NCBI GenBank assembly: GCA_950097015.1 | Contig: CATNEN010000025.1 | Span: forward strand, 620,001-684,000 | Length of the DNA: 64,000 bases | Source of the DNA: Macrostomum hystrix | Taxonomy: Eukaryota > Animalia > Platyhelminthes | Direction of reading: 5' to 3' | Shown here: piece after piece, positions 1 to 12,504 of the stretch | Layout: each line of letters opens with the position of its first letter | Numbering within the stretch: the stretch's first letter is position 1 | Made by a program: the position numbers and the translations under genes | The notes under the pieces: generated by a model | Databases searched by the model: none | Told to the model about the DNA's origin: nothing | Seen by the model: only the letters and a program-made list of their open reading frames with translations

Positions 1-751
1 ATAGAATTCAAGATGATGAGTATAAGAAGCGTCAGGTATGGCTCTTTAGCAAATAAAAAGCTATAGACTAGAGTGACGTTAGCCGTATTTCAAATTGACT
101 AAAAATCTAAAAGGTTTGAGCTTCTGGTGCTGTGCTAAACCTCAAATGAAAAATAAAATCAGTGCGAAAATCTGCTGTTTAAATAAAATGGTGGGGTCAT
201 AAGTATCCAAGCAAAAAGCAATTGTCGTTTTCTTTTCTATTCTATGCCGTAAAGAACGATACACCTATTATAGCACCGCACAACAGCACGAGACTGGGGG
301 AAAGTGTCTTTTTTTATGCTCACGCAAATACTGTAATTCGTTTTACCAAAAAAGTAAACATGTAACCTAGCGGAAGAGCTCTGGCTTAGAGCTGACCCGC
401 GGGACTTGTCCCATAACTACTGAAAAAAGAACGATACACGACGGATTTCTCAGAAAAACACTAATTTGAAACATTTCTTCCTCTCTGGCTTATGTGTTAA
501 CAAAAGAGTATTTCTCGTAGCTCATAAGAAATCGCAAATCGAGACTTCCCGAAAACTTTCTGCTTAGTTTTTTTAAACACAATTGTACAACTAGTAATTG
601 CTTTATCATGCATGATTGGCTTAGATAACGTACCAGAAGTCCGTTGTACTTTAGTTGTCCTTCGTTTTTATATCAGTGTTACACATAGCTCGTAGATCCG
701 TTAGACTATCATTTTCATCAGTTAAGTCACACCAAATAGCATAAATATATT

Positions 752-2075
752 GCGGGGTCATTCTCAAAATTATGTACCGAGAAGGCATTAACAAAAAATA
801 TTTTTTTCACTATTTTTATCGTTTTAAAGTGTGCTGCGAGGATTCAATGCTTTTGAAAGTTTTCTAAACATTTGAAAAAATGAAAAAATAGCGTTTTTAC
901 TGCATTCTTACGTTGTTTAAAATCACAAATAAATTTTTTGCGAAGTTTTAAATTTTCCGCGCATGCGCATTTGCCATAAAAGTTCACGACTGCAAGCTTA
1001 ATTATGATAAAATATTAAGTACTACTCCCATCTAATGAATTTAAAAGTAATCTAAGCTAAAATGACTATTAAATTTATGCCACTAAGTGCTGTGACTCAG
1101 CTTTTTTCGAAGTATTTCATTTGAAAACTAAAAGGTAAATAAATTCTGTGAGGTATTGAAGCTTCATTTTTGAAAGCGAATAAAATAAAAAGACAGAAGC
1201 AATTCGCATTCTCTTATAAATATTTATCTCACGATACTGTATCTGAATTAATTCGTAATTAATTCCAATATACTAATTGTATTTAAAAACAGCAAACATA
1301 AAAAATATAAAAATCGACTCGAATGCTTATGCACAACAACACTGTCAAGAAAAAAGATTTCTCGCATATACTGGTACCTTAATACATGGAAATATTACAG
1401 ATATGATGCCACCTTCCTAAGGAATAAATCTACGTGTTTTGAATATTTCTAATTATTATAGAAAATAAAAGATACACCATAATTTGCTTATTGTATCATT
1501 TTTTGTGTCTGGAAAGGAGATTTCATGACATAAGAAATGCCAAAATAGTGTAAAAATGTGAATTTTTATTGACAAGACACGCACCTCTGAATTTCATATC
1601 ATCATTGCTTCATTTTATTACAAGAATTTCCTTGACGGCCAATTAAATAAAAATTGTGCTATATGTATACATTCCAATTGTTCGAAGCTTCTGGACCTTG
1701 GAAAATTTTGAATTTTTTCAGAAAAAATGTACATTAATATGTTAATTTTATTAGATATAACAAAAAACAATAATAAAAGATTTTTCTAAAATAAGACAAC
1801 TATGTTTAATATACGAAAACTAAAAAAAAATATGCACTTTTTGTATGACCTTATCTAATAGCAAAATGTACGTCAGAAAGCAAAATAATTTACGGTGTTT
1901 TTGAAGGCAATAAACAAATGTAAATGCTGGTCCATATTAATGTTATTTTGTGGTTCTGGTTTCTATTTTGCACTCTACTAGAGACACAGATTAGAATAAA
2001 TAAAGTTTTTTGCAATTGTCAAAAACTTTTTTTACAACACACTATTTCCGAGCATTAATTTGAGAATGACCCTGC
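752..2075. mobile_element. Putative non-autonomous TIR DNA transposon, AT-rich, about 1.3 kb
   Basis: GCGGGGTCATTCTCAAAATTATG at 752 is an imperfect inverted repeat of CATTAATTTGAGAATGACCCTGC ending at 2075. No coding capacity inside; TSD ambiguous. Confidence 0.45.
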
Positions 2076-2940
2076 GAATCGAGTGTTAATTATTGATTTG
2101 AATTTCGCATCGCTTGCTTATAACCAAACTTCCTCCACTTTCTCGAACGAAGTCATTTTTTCATTGATTTTTTTAATACTTAAGTATGTAAATAGTAAAA
2201 ATGAATCCAATACCATAAAAAAATAAACAATATAAAAAAAGTACTAATGACACTCCTTTTTGTTGCTGCTGTAAAATTCTGAACTATTAAGAGGAATTTA
2301 AGCACTTAAAAATTATTTATATTTAGCACCATTTGTCAGGCATTTAAATGCACATAGAAGCAGAAAAGTTGTATTAAAAAATATAGCGTCACTTCTTAGC
2401 AAGTTTGACCTGGAAGTTAAAATTGAAATGCACAAATTCGAGTTGTGTAGTTGAATATATTGTTAAATTAAAACTTGCTTTTACAAATGTCCATTACACG
2501 TGAAATACTCGTAAGTACACAAAATTTAAGGAGATAATATGGGAACTACATTACTTATAGTACTCATATATAGCATATGGCTACCAAGGCCCAAATATAA
2601 AAATGGAGTACGACAGAAAAAAAAGTTTCTTAAAAAAGTTAAGGAGACTGACTGTAAAGCTCTTCTTTTTTTATAAATTTTATAACTATAACATTTTATA
2701 AAATATTTACAAATTTTACAAAGCTTCATTCGTGAAAACTTGATCTTCAAACTTTTCTTAATAAGCCCATAATATAAGCCTATACAGGGCAGGGCAATGA
2801 AACACAATTAAATATTTTTCTTTACAACGTCTTTTTCCGCCCTTTTACCCCAAGTGGTCCTTGGTAGTCGCAATGCTAGATTTAAATATTACGACCGTGT
2901 TTGTCTGGCAATGAGCAGATTAGGAAAAGAAGCGCAGGCT

Positions 2941-5674
2941 TCATTCGCACTGCACATAGGCGGCCAGGCTAAACTCACACAGTTTGGCCAGCCGCAGGGC
3001 CGCCTCCTCGGCTAGCAGGCAGCGGAAGCGGGGCGCGGCCAGACGATCGCGAACAGGTGCGCCCGACGCCAGGAAGCCCAGACGGATGAGATCCGCCAGG
3101 CAGGGCAGGGCTGCGCTGGAGTCGTAGGCGCCCGAATCGCGCGAGATCACCCGGCAGATGTTGAGTAGTCGTTCCAGTGGCACGGGACGCGATGCTAAAG
3201 CCTCCATGGCGGCGGCAGACGAAGCGGCTGATGCTTTCTTCGGCTTGCGTCGATGCTGACGACGCCCAGCGTTGAAGGCGAACAGGCGCCGATCGTTGGA
3301 CGGGTGGACGCGTGTGCAGAGGTGCGCGGCTAGCAGTAGGAATCGGCTCAGTAGAGGCAGATCCGCAAAGTGCTGGTCCTTAACCGAGTTAAGCGAACAA
3401 TCGTTGACGAGACAGTGGACTTACAGCTTTAATGTGAATCACTTTTGATGTCAGTACGGCTGATACCACCATAATGATGTCAGTACGGCTGATCCCAACT
3501 GATTCTACCATAATGATGTCAGTACGGCTGATCCCACCATAATGATGTCAGTAGGGCTGATCCCAACTGATTCTACCATAATGATGTCAGTACGGCTGAT
3601 CCCACCATAATGATGTCAGTAGGGCTGATCCCAACTGATTCTACCATAATGATGTCAGTACGGCTGATCCCACCATAATGATGTCAGTACGGCTGATCCC
3701 ACCATAATGATGTCAGTACGGCTGATCCCACCATAATGATGTCAGTACGGCTGATCCCACCATAATGATGTCAGTACGGCTGATCCCAACTGATTCTACC
3801 ATAATGATGTCAGTACGGCTGATCCCAACTGATTCTACCATAACGATGTCAGTACGGCTGATCCCACCATAATGATGTCAATACGGCTGATTCTCACAGC
3901 CCTCCGGCAATTACTATTATGAATATGAATAGAGATTGAAGCCATTTACTAAACAATTTTACAGAAATTCACCTGCTGCACCGCATCGCCAGACGAAGTA
4001 GTTGGCGACGTCAGCGGTGTCAGGAGGCCGCGCAGGCAAGCGCCCAGGATTGGCCGAGCAGAGCTCCAGCCGCCTTTCGAGTAGGCAGCCCGACAGGCCG
4101 CGGCGGCCTCGGCGATGTGGGCCGGCTGTCGCGTGACTGAATAGGCTGTGTCAGCGGCCAGCTGGGCCAGGCTGTAGTCGCAGCCGGGCACAACCCTGGC
4201 CACAATGCTCGCTAGCTGAGACTTGTCGTAGGCAGGCAGGTGGATGCTGCAATTTCCAGGTAAGAATTAATTAGAGATTATATATGCAGCGGGCAGCACA
4301 GCCGGAGCTATTGGGCGCTGCATATGAAGACTGCGTATGGCAGTTCAGTCCATGGACTGGAATTTCTGCAACCACCCTCAATTAATCTCCTAGGCCCAGC
4401 GAAAGCCGGTCTCCACTTAACGATTGAGTGAACTGAAGCAAGTTATAGTCGAATGTCTTGTCAAAGTAAACCAATTGTCCTAGTGAAGTCTGGAATCGAA
4501 CCCTCGACCTTTAAGTCGTGAGTCCAACGCTTTAATTGCTAGGCTTCAACTCTGCCGCAATTTTTGAAAAATAAAACAACAGACATGACGGGAGGAAAAC
4601 CCGAATGACGGGAAGAAAACCTGAATGACGGGAGGAAACCCGAATGACGGGAAGAAAACCTGAATGACGGGAGGAAAACACGAATGATGGGAGGAAAACC
4701 CGAATGATGGGAGGAAAACACGAATGATGGGAGGAAAACACGAATGACGGGAGGAAAACCCGAATGACGGGATGAAAACCCGAATGACGGGAGGAAGAAA
4801 AATTGAATGACGGGAAGAAAACCCGAATGACGGGAGGAAAACCCGAATGACGGGAGGAAGACAACCTGAATGACGGGAGGAAAACACGAATGACGGGAGG
4901 AAAACCCGAATGACGGGATGAAAACCCGAATGACGGGAGGAAGAAAAATTGAATGACGGGAAGAAAACCCGAATGACGGGAGGAAAACCCGAATGACGGG
5001 AGGAAGACAACCTGAATGACGGGAGGAAAACATCCTGAATGACGGGAGGAAAACATCCTGAATGACGGGAGGAAGACAACCTGAATGACGGGAGGAAGAC
5101 AACCTGAATGACGGGAGGAAGACAACCTAAATTAGAAATGTCAGACATCAAGCTGAAGGACCGCAGAAATATAAACTGAAAAAAGCAGTGAGCATAATAC
5201 TCACCAATAGGCGGAGGAGGCGGCAGCGCCAGCAAGGCCCCTGGCGTAGCTGGTCCACGGCAGGCGGCCAATCAGCAGCAGTCTAGAGCCAGTCAGCTGC
5301 CGGATGCGCAACAGGGCAGCTAGAGTCCGGCCGTCGGCCGCTTCAGTTAGCCTCTCGGCGTCGTCCAAAGCCAGCCAATGGCCGGGTCGCAGGCAGGCGC
5401 TGAAAGATTCGGCCCAGTCAGTAGCTGACAAGCCTTTGTTCTCCGCATTGCCGGATAGATGAAAAATGAAATCAATTAACTGGCGAATGCTGCCAGCCTC
5501 GGTGCAGGTTAGCCACAGGTGGGGCAGGCCATTCAGGGCCGCCCTGGCTAATAGGGTCTTACCGCAGCCAGGCGGACCCCATAGGTGAGCAAAGTTCAAG
5601 GTAGACTCTGATGGTTGCAACAGAAGGTGGCGCAGTTTAGCCAGCTCAGCATCGCGACACACTATTTGAGACGC
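2941..5674 (-). CDS. ORC5: Origin recognition complex subunit 5
   Basis: Exons 5674-5205, 4246-3973 and 3378-2941 are GT-AG and phase-consistent. N-terminus (A)SQIVCRDAEL, Walker A GPPGCGKT, LALDDAERL, HLPAYDKSQL, and ORC5 C-terminal motifs LPLLSRFLLLAAHL and RPVPLERLL. The start ATG is not in the first coding exon (see findings). Confidence 0.88.
3447..3890. repeat. Minisatellite of 29-bp units mixed with 41-bp variants, in an ORC5 intron
   Basis: GATGTCAGTACGGCTGATCCCACCATAAT repeated; the long variant contains CCCAACTGATTCTACC. Confidence 0.95.
4283..4525 (-). mobile_element. tRNA-derived SINE, family 1 (CORE-like body)
   Basis: Reverse-complement tRNA-like head (GGAATCGAACC B-box) plus shared CAGTCCATGGACTG body. 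Homologous copies at about 10265, 15912, 39078 and 52620. Confidence 0.7.
4590..5128. repeat. Minisatellite, 20-23-bp unit, in an ORC5 intron
   Basis: GAATGACGGGAGGAAAACCC repeated with variants; explains the spurious ORFs at 4532-5271. Confidence 0.95.
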
Positions 5675-5854
5675 CTGTAAAAGATTGAAGTCATGGTCAG
5701 TTAAGGTGTGAAGTTGGATACCATTGAAATGTTATAATATATTTAATAATTATAATTGATTAAAACTTCCTAGGTAAGGGTTTGGCACATCCAACTATGC
5801 CTAGTAGGTCTAGAGAGAAGAGAGAAATCATTAAACCTAAGGAATCCATTAGAC

Positions 5855-6740
5855 CAGGGGTCGGCAAACTCCGGCCTGCGGGCCAGATCCGGCCCTCGAA
5901 GCTCCCAAATCCGGCCCGTTGCCCCTTCCGACACTTATAGTATCTTGTTTCATCTCTCCTGTGTCTCATCTCTCCTGTGTCGCATCTCTCCTGTGTCGCA
6001 TCTCTCCTGTGTCGCATCTCTCCTGTGTCGCATCTCTCCTGTGTCTCATCTCTCCTGTGTCGCATCTCTCCTGTGTCGCATCTCTCCTGTGTCTCTTCTT
6101 TCCGAGTGTCTCATCTCTCCTGTGTCGCATCTCTCCTGTGTCGCATCTCTCCTGTGTCTCTTCTTTCCGAGTGTCTCATCTCTCCTGTGTCGCATCTCTC
6201 CTGTGTCTCTTCTTTCCGAGTGTCTCATCTCTCCTGTGTCTCATCTCTCCTGTGTCGCATCTCTCCTGTGTCGCATCTCTTCTGTGTCTCTTCTTTCCGA
6301 GTGTCTCATCTCTCCTGTGTCTCATCTCTCCTGTGCCTCTTCTCTCCTGTGTCTCTTCTCTCCTGTGTCTCATCTCTCCTGTGTCTCTTCTCTCCTGTGT
6401 CTCATCTCTCCTGTGTCTCTTCTCTCCTGTGTCTCATCTCTCCTGTGTCTCTTCTCTCCTGTGTCTCATCTCTCCTGTGCCTCTTCTCTCCTGTGTCTCA
6501 TCTCTCCTGTGTCTCTTCTTTCCGAGTGTCTCATCTCTCCTGTGTCTCATCTCTCCTGTCTCATCTCTCCTGTGTCTCATCTCTCCTGTGTCTCTTCTCT
6601 TCTGTGTCTCATCTCTCCTGTGTCTCTTCTCTCCTGTGTCTCATCTCTCCCCTATCTCACATTTCTACAATCAATGCGGCCCGCTGTAGTATTTTACGTT
6701 TTCTCTTTGGCCCACTAGCTAATAAGTTTGCCGAACCCTG
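5855..6740. mobile_element. hAT (Charlie/Buster-type) non-autonomous element
   Basis: TIRs CAGGGGTCGGCAAACT and AGTTTGCCGAACCCTG. Perfect 8-bp TSD CATTAGAC at 5847-5854 and 6741-6748, with a central TA. Confidence 0.9.
5950..6650. repeat. 16-bp minisatellite inside the hAT element
   Basis: TGTCTCATCTCTCCTG and variants repeated. Confidence 0.95.
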
Positions 6741-7329
6741 CATTAGACACATTAGATTATGAGACAGGGAAAATATGAGACTAGGGGGGGGGAGATCTAG
6801 CCAGTTCTGATTTTGGCCTCTTGAGAGGAAATGCTACAGCATGTCACTAAAGAGTTAAATTTGTCAAAGTTGCTAGTTAACAACAGCCAAACCTTGGATA
6901 CTATCATGTATTAACTCCTCTTAAAAATTGAAGGTCTTTTGTCCTTTATGTTTCTTACAGAAAACTAGAAATGTACTGCATAGCTAGCTAGCTAGTTTTA
7001 TTAGGCTTTTATTAGTTTCACATAAATTTTTATCAGCTTATATTTTTCAAATAATAGTTTATTGGAACCTTAAGCTACTATTCATATTTATATTTGAAAA
7101 ATTTTACCCTGAAATACCTTGTAAGGATAAGGTTCAACCTGAATGGTTATCATAAATAGTTTTAAAACCTTTTGAAGTATATAGCACAAAAAATAGAACT
7201 AAATTAGTTACACTAGCTGATGTTATGAAGGTGGCCTTTGCCATGGAAAATTCCAGCATATATCAGGGGTCCCTGGTATACTTGGCATACAATCATGGAC
7301 ATAGTGGCCCTTGATTTACACTGAAATTG

Positions 7330-8405
7330 GCTACCATATGTGTTAAAACACCGAGACAGATTAGCACAAAAGTATTTAATTACCAAGATGGGCTACCATA
7401 TGTGTTTAATTACCAAGATGGGCTACCATATGTGTTTAATTACCAAGATGGGCTACCACATGTGTTTAAACACCAAGACAGATTAGCAAAAAAAGTGTTT
7501 AATTACCAAGATGGGCTACCACATGTGTTTAAACACCGAGACAGATTAGCAAAAAAGTGTTTAATTACCAAGATGGGCTACCACATGTGTTTAAACACCG
7601 AGACAGATTAGTAAAAAAAGTGTTTAATTACCAAGATGGGCTAGCTACCATATGTGTTTAATTACAAAGATAGGCTACTGTCCATCTGTTTCTTCCTCAT
7701 TTTAGGCTAGCCATTTCAGCCCAAAGAGTATTGTTGTGATCTGCCCCTTGAGTACCTTGAAAACCTTGAAAACCTTGAGTACAGCTTGGCTGGGGGGGAG
7801 CCAGACAGCCAGCAAGTCCTGTGGACTATAACTGTTTATGCTGCCTCTCTCCAGGAGCCAGCCTACCTCTGAATACTCCTGGGCCTTCCATTCCCAATTG
7901 GGCCAGCCCTGTGGTAGCTAGATTAGGTGGCAATTGGCCAAGGACCTGCAGCAGCAAGGTGGTTGCTATGCAGGCACAGCAGGGGAGATGCAAAGTGGGA
8001 AGAGCCAAGCATGTGCTGGTCCATTTTGATATAGGGGCCTACAGTATTTAAGCATGAATGTACATGCATGCGCTAGACGCTGGTCTGTCTCAGTACTCAA
8101 GCACGTTATACTTATACACATATGTGTGTCATATGCTATATGTTAGCCTGTCTCGGCAATTGAACATGTATGGTAGGCCTAGCCTGTCTCGGTAATTGAA
8201 CATCATGGTAGCCCATCTTGGTAATTAAACACATATGGTAGCATGTCTCGGCAATTAAACACTTGCACTAATCCGTCTTAGTGTTTAAACACATGGGTTA
8301 GGCCTAGCCCATTTTGGTGTTTAAATATAAGGTAAGGGGCAGTCTGTCTTGGTCTGTCTCAGCCTATCTTGGCCCATTATGGTCTGTCTTGGTAATTAAA
8401 CAAAC
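7330..8405. repeat. 30-bp tandem array with an inverted degenerate partner array (foldback-like)
   Basis: TAATTACCAAGATGGGCTACCATATGTGTT units at 7330-7680. Reverse-complement units (GGTAGCCCATCTTGGTAATTAAACACATATGG) at about 8150-8405. Confidence 0.7.
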
Positions 8406-9941
8406 CAGCTGCAGCCCAAATAAATGTGGCCTTGCCACAACCAAACTTAGGGACTTGTCCTTGGTGTGAAAGGCGCCATTACACAATTTTGTAGTGTGTA
8501 AAATACTAAATTTCTATTAATTCTGTAACAGAATTAAAAATTTAATCCTGTAGGAGTAGGCCTAGCAGAATTTGTAAATTATTATATAATTAGTTATCAT
8601 ATTGTCTTAAAAAGCTTTAGACACTTATTTTTTTTAATTAATATGTGATAAGAAAGTTTCATTAAAAAAGTGAAATAAGTTTAGATTTTAAGCATATAAG
8701 GTCGCACCATGACTCTAGGGATTCAGCTAGGGTAAGACGATGAGTTGATTTTGAGTTAGCTAATTTAACACGTGATTGGTCTTTAACTTTGAAGGCTTAC
8801 ATGTAATGTCTTGATAAAATTCACAAGCTGTGATTTAATGACAAAAATGTGGCATAGTTGACATGTAGCTATAAATTGATATATTTTATCAGCCAAAAAA
8901 CTAAAAAGTCAATATACTGTTTGTTATTCTTGGGTATCAACAATGGCCGCCGCACGAACCGATCGCCGCGCGGTTGCTTTCGGCAGCAAATTAATTGTTC
9001 TCGTTTTCTGAGAAAACTTACAACACATTGATAAGTGTAATGACACGCCGCGATAGCATTTGTTCTTTAACCGTCTCTATTCTTAAGTAGGGTAGCAGGG
9101 CCTATATTCAGAGTTATACTTGTCTTTAATGGTTAAAATATTCATTTTCTAATAGCAGGGTGTGTTATTCTTGCAGAATACCAATATCATTAGTAAAAAA
9201 TAAAAAGACTGAATAGAATATAGGGATAGTGTTAACAACCATGAGATATATAAAGTGTTAGAATTTAGCGCAAAAATAGTAGGTTACATCTGTATTATAA
9301 ACGTATGCAAGTAAAAAAAGAATAAAACGACCAACTGAAGCAAAATTTCACATGTTTGACTATCCCCTTTAAAGTTTTAGCCTAATTTAGCTGTAATAAA
9401 ATGTGATTATTGCCTAGCATAAGAAAAAACCAAAATGAAAGGCAAGTAATAAATATATGAATTTTTAATATAAAACTACTATTTCATTTTTACATATACA
9501 GTTACTAGGTTTTCTTTTTTGTTAGTCACTTAAAACTTCTTAGTGTTTTCAATTAAATCATAATTATTATTTAAGTATATTAAAAATGTATGCATATGTT
9601 TTTTCATATCTGTATCAAGTAATCATGCCAGTTTGTTTCATTTATTATAAGAAGGTATTAATTGAAAATACCTTCAGTAGTAAAGTATGAAAAATAGCAT
9701 ATATAGGTATTCATAAGTAAAGTTATTTTTTGTTTTACCAAATCAAATTTAAGTGACTACCCTTTCTACACAATTTTTTGTATGACTTTAACAGTTGTGA
9801 TGACACAGCAAAATTATTATAGACTGTGCAGACCTGTACACATTGTCGATCTATTTTCTTTTAATATTGTGCAGCTGCTGTTGTTTGGCTAAAAGTCTAA
9901 ATTGTGTCCAATAATAGTAATTACTATCTAGATTTTCAGCG

Positions 9942-11578
9942 ATGCCATTTTCGGGTGCGCCAGTACTGATGCGCCTGTTGGCCTGCTCAGCCTCTGCTGC
10001 GCTGCGCGCCGGCTCATACATCCGCGAGGTCATGCGCAGTGGCGAGCTCGGCATTGTTGTCAAGGGTCAGAATGATCTGCAGACGCAGGCGGATCGCGGC
10101 GCCCAGCGCATCATCACTGCCAACCTGCGGGCCGCCTTCCCCGGCCTGACCGTCATTGGCGAAGAAGAGGAGGACCCTACTGCTACACCTCTAGCGTCTG
10201 ACGAAATTGTTGAGCCGCTGAATGAAGTGCTGCAGCATTGCGATCGGTGAGTATCGCATATACTTGTACGTCGAGGGTTGGTTTCCCGTCTTCACTGGAA
10301 CAATTTGTGTCCTTTAGCAAGAAAATCAACTCTGCATTGCTTCAGTTCATCCAGCTGTTAAATTTGTACCTGCATCAGTTGGGATAATTGAGGGTGGGTG
10401 TGGTGTCCCCTCAGTCCATGGACTGGACAGCCGTACGCAGCCTTCAGATGCACCACACAATAGCTGTAAGGACAGGACAGGTGTAATTAAATTTATCCAA
10501 ACTAGCATTGATTGCTGGTCAGTTGATGTGGAATGCACTTATAGAATCATCAATTAGTTAAAAGCATCACTATTTATCTGTCATCTTGCCGTTCCCTATC
10601 AGTTGCCCGCCCAGAATGTCCAACGTTCGCACCGAAGACCTGACGGTGTGGGTGGACCCGCTGGATGGCACCTCAGAGTTCGCCGACAACCTTTTGGACA
10701 ATGTGACGGTGCTGATTGGGGTTGCCCTGGCCGGCCAGGCAGTGGCAGGGGTTGTGTACCAGCCCTATTATCGGCACCTCATCGATCCGAGGCAGAATGG
10801 CCGCCTGGTGTGGGGCCTGGACGGCCTTGGCGTCTTCGGCTTGGGTGTCGACTTTCGGCGAACGTTGCCGCCCGGTTGCATTGTTGTCACGACGCGTAGT
10901 CATGCCAACCCGAATGTTATGGAGGCTGTTAGAGCGTGTGGACCGACGCAGGTAATTAAAATTTATTGCAGAAGTCGGACTTGATGTGCGGTATCGAGTA
11001 TTGGGTATTGGTACGCTCCTAATATTTCTATAGTCTATCCAATCAAATCTTACCTAATTATAAAATTAAGAAAACTATATTAATAAAATGTAATGAGTAA
11101 AAAATATTAAAATAAAAAACTTGCTTTTTCTGTTTCATTATTTGTATTTGTATTTCTGTTCAGCCTAAGCCAAGCTTATACTAGCTAATATTTTACTTTT
11201 CTGTCTACTTAATATTGTACGTCTCTTCTCTACAACAATATGGATATACGATTCACGATCCCCCTGACCCTTGCCGAGCAGATCCTTCAAGTCGGTGGCT
11301 GCGGTAACAAGGTACTGCTACTGCTGGAGCGCAGGGCGCACGTCTATGCGTTCGCTTCGAATGGCTGCAAGAAGTGGGACACTTGCGCACCGGAGGCCCT
11401 ACTCCGCGCAGCCGGCGGGTGCCTCACTGACATCCATGGCGAGCCGTTGCGTTATGATGCCGGAGTCTCGCGCAGGAATTCTCAGGGTGTTCTGGCAGCT
11501 CTGCGATTAGCTGAGCATCAGCGCTGCGTTCGCGCCATGCCGGATAAGGTACGCCAGGACTTGGCCCCGACTGAGTGA
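9942..11578 (+). CDS. BPNT1: 3'(2'),5'-bisphosphate nucleotidase 1 (inositol monophosphatase family)
   Basis: Exons 9942-10246, 10603-10951 and 11282-11578, 316 aa. Motifs DLQTQADR, IGEE, VWVDPLDGT, VGGCGNK and KKWDTCAPEA. Confidence 0.92.
10265..10470 (+). mobile_element. SINE family 1 copy in BPNT1 intron 1
   Basis: Shares TCCAGCTG and CAGTCCATGGACTG...CTTCAGATGC with the other copies. Confidence 0.65.
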
Positions 11579-11701
11579 CCTCGACTGTTATACGCGTCTT
11601 CTGGCCATTAGCCCGACTGCTTTTCAAACTATTTAAGCGAATTTGACCGAGTTATTTTTAACGGACAGTTTCTTGTTGGACCAGTTGTGTTAGTTGTGTT
11701 T

Positions 11702-12150
11702 ACGCAGTGATTAGAGGTTTTAGTTGACACCTCCGGGTGGTCTGGGTGATATGGAGTGTGAGGTGACACCTCCGGGTGGTCTGGGTGATATGGAGTGTGA
11801 GGTGACACCTCCGGGTGGTCTGGGTGATATGGAGTGGGATATGACACCTCCGGGTGGTATGGAGTGTGATGTGACACCTCCGGAAGGTCTGGATGATATG
11901 GAGTGGGATATGACACCTCCGGGTGGTCTGGGTGGTATGGAGTGTGATGTATCACCTGTGGAAGGTCTGGATGATATGGAGTGTGATATGACACCTCCGG
12001 GTGGTCTGGGTGGTATGGAGTGTGATGTGACACCTCCGGAAGGTCTGGGTGGTATGGAGTGTGATGTGACACCTCCGGAAGGTCTGGGTGGTATGGAGTG
12101 TGATGTGACACTTCCGGAAGGTCTGGGTGATATGGAGTGTAGAGAGTGTA
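11702..12150. repeat. 39-bp minisatellite just downstream of BPNT1
   Basis: GACACCTCCGGGTGGTCTGGGTGATATGGAGTGTGAGGT repeated. Confidence 0.95.
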
Positions 12151-12504
12151 GAGAATACGATAAGATCTGTACATTTGAACTGGCTATACAAATGAAAATT
12201 TGATGTTTGTTAATTTTGCGTATCCTATACAGACATACAAGAATATTTAACTTCGAAACAAGCTTTCCTGACTCTATGTAGATTGATTTTCTAGCTGCCC
12301 TCCAGAGGAAATTATCTATAGTTACTTTTTTAAGTAACAATTTTTGATACCGGTTTTTTGTTTTGTTGCTTGCTAACGCCTCGAATTGTAGAAAATATAC
12401 ATTAAACAGAACGTATTCTATCGATTGTAAAGCTCGCCTGAGCTTTTTTATAATTCGAGCCTATTTGTAGAAGGATCACGCTATTTTTCCCCCTGCATGG
12501 GGGA

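Noticed and set aside
2526-2807. 93-aa ORF
   Set aside because: AT-rich K/I/F-biased sequence with no motif; consistent with a chance ORF.
3447-3890. CRISPR-like appearance of the repeat arrays
   Set aside because: Units are contiguous with no unique spacers, the context is eukaryotic, and there are no cas genes.
4532-6762. Long repetitive ORFs, also at 11629-12340, 23092-24556, 31237-31881, 34087-35360 and 46855-48899
   Set aside because: They are translations of minisatellites, open in several frames and on both strands, and lie in introns or spacers.
7826-8008. 60-aa ORF with a hydrophobic start
   Set aside because: It lies inside the foldback-like repeat, with no splice or motif support.
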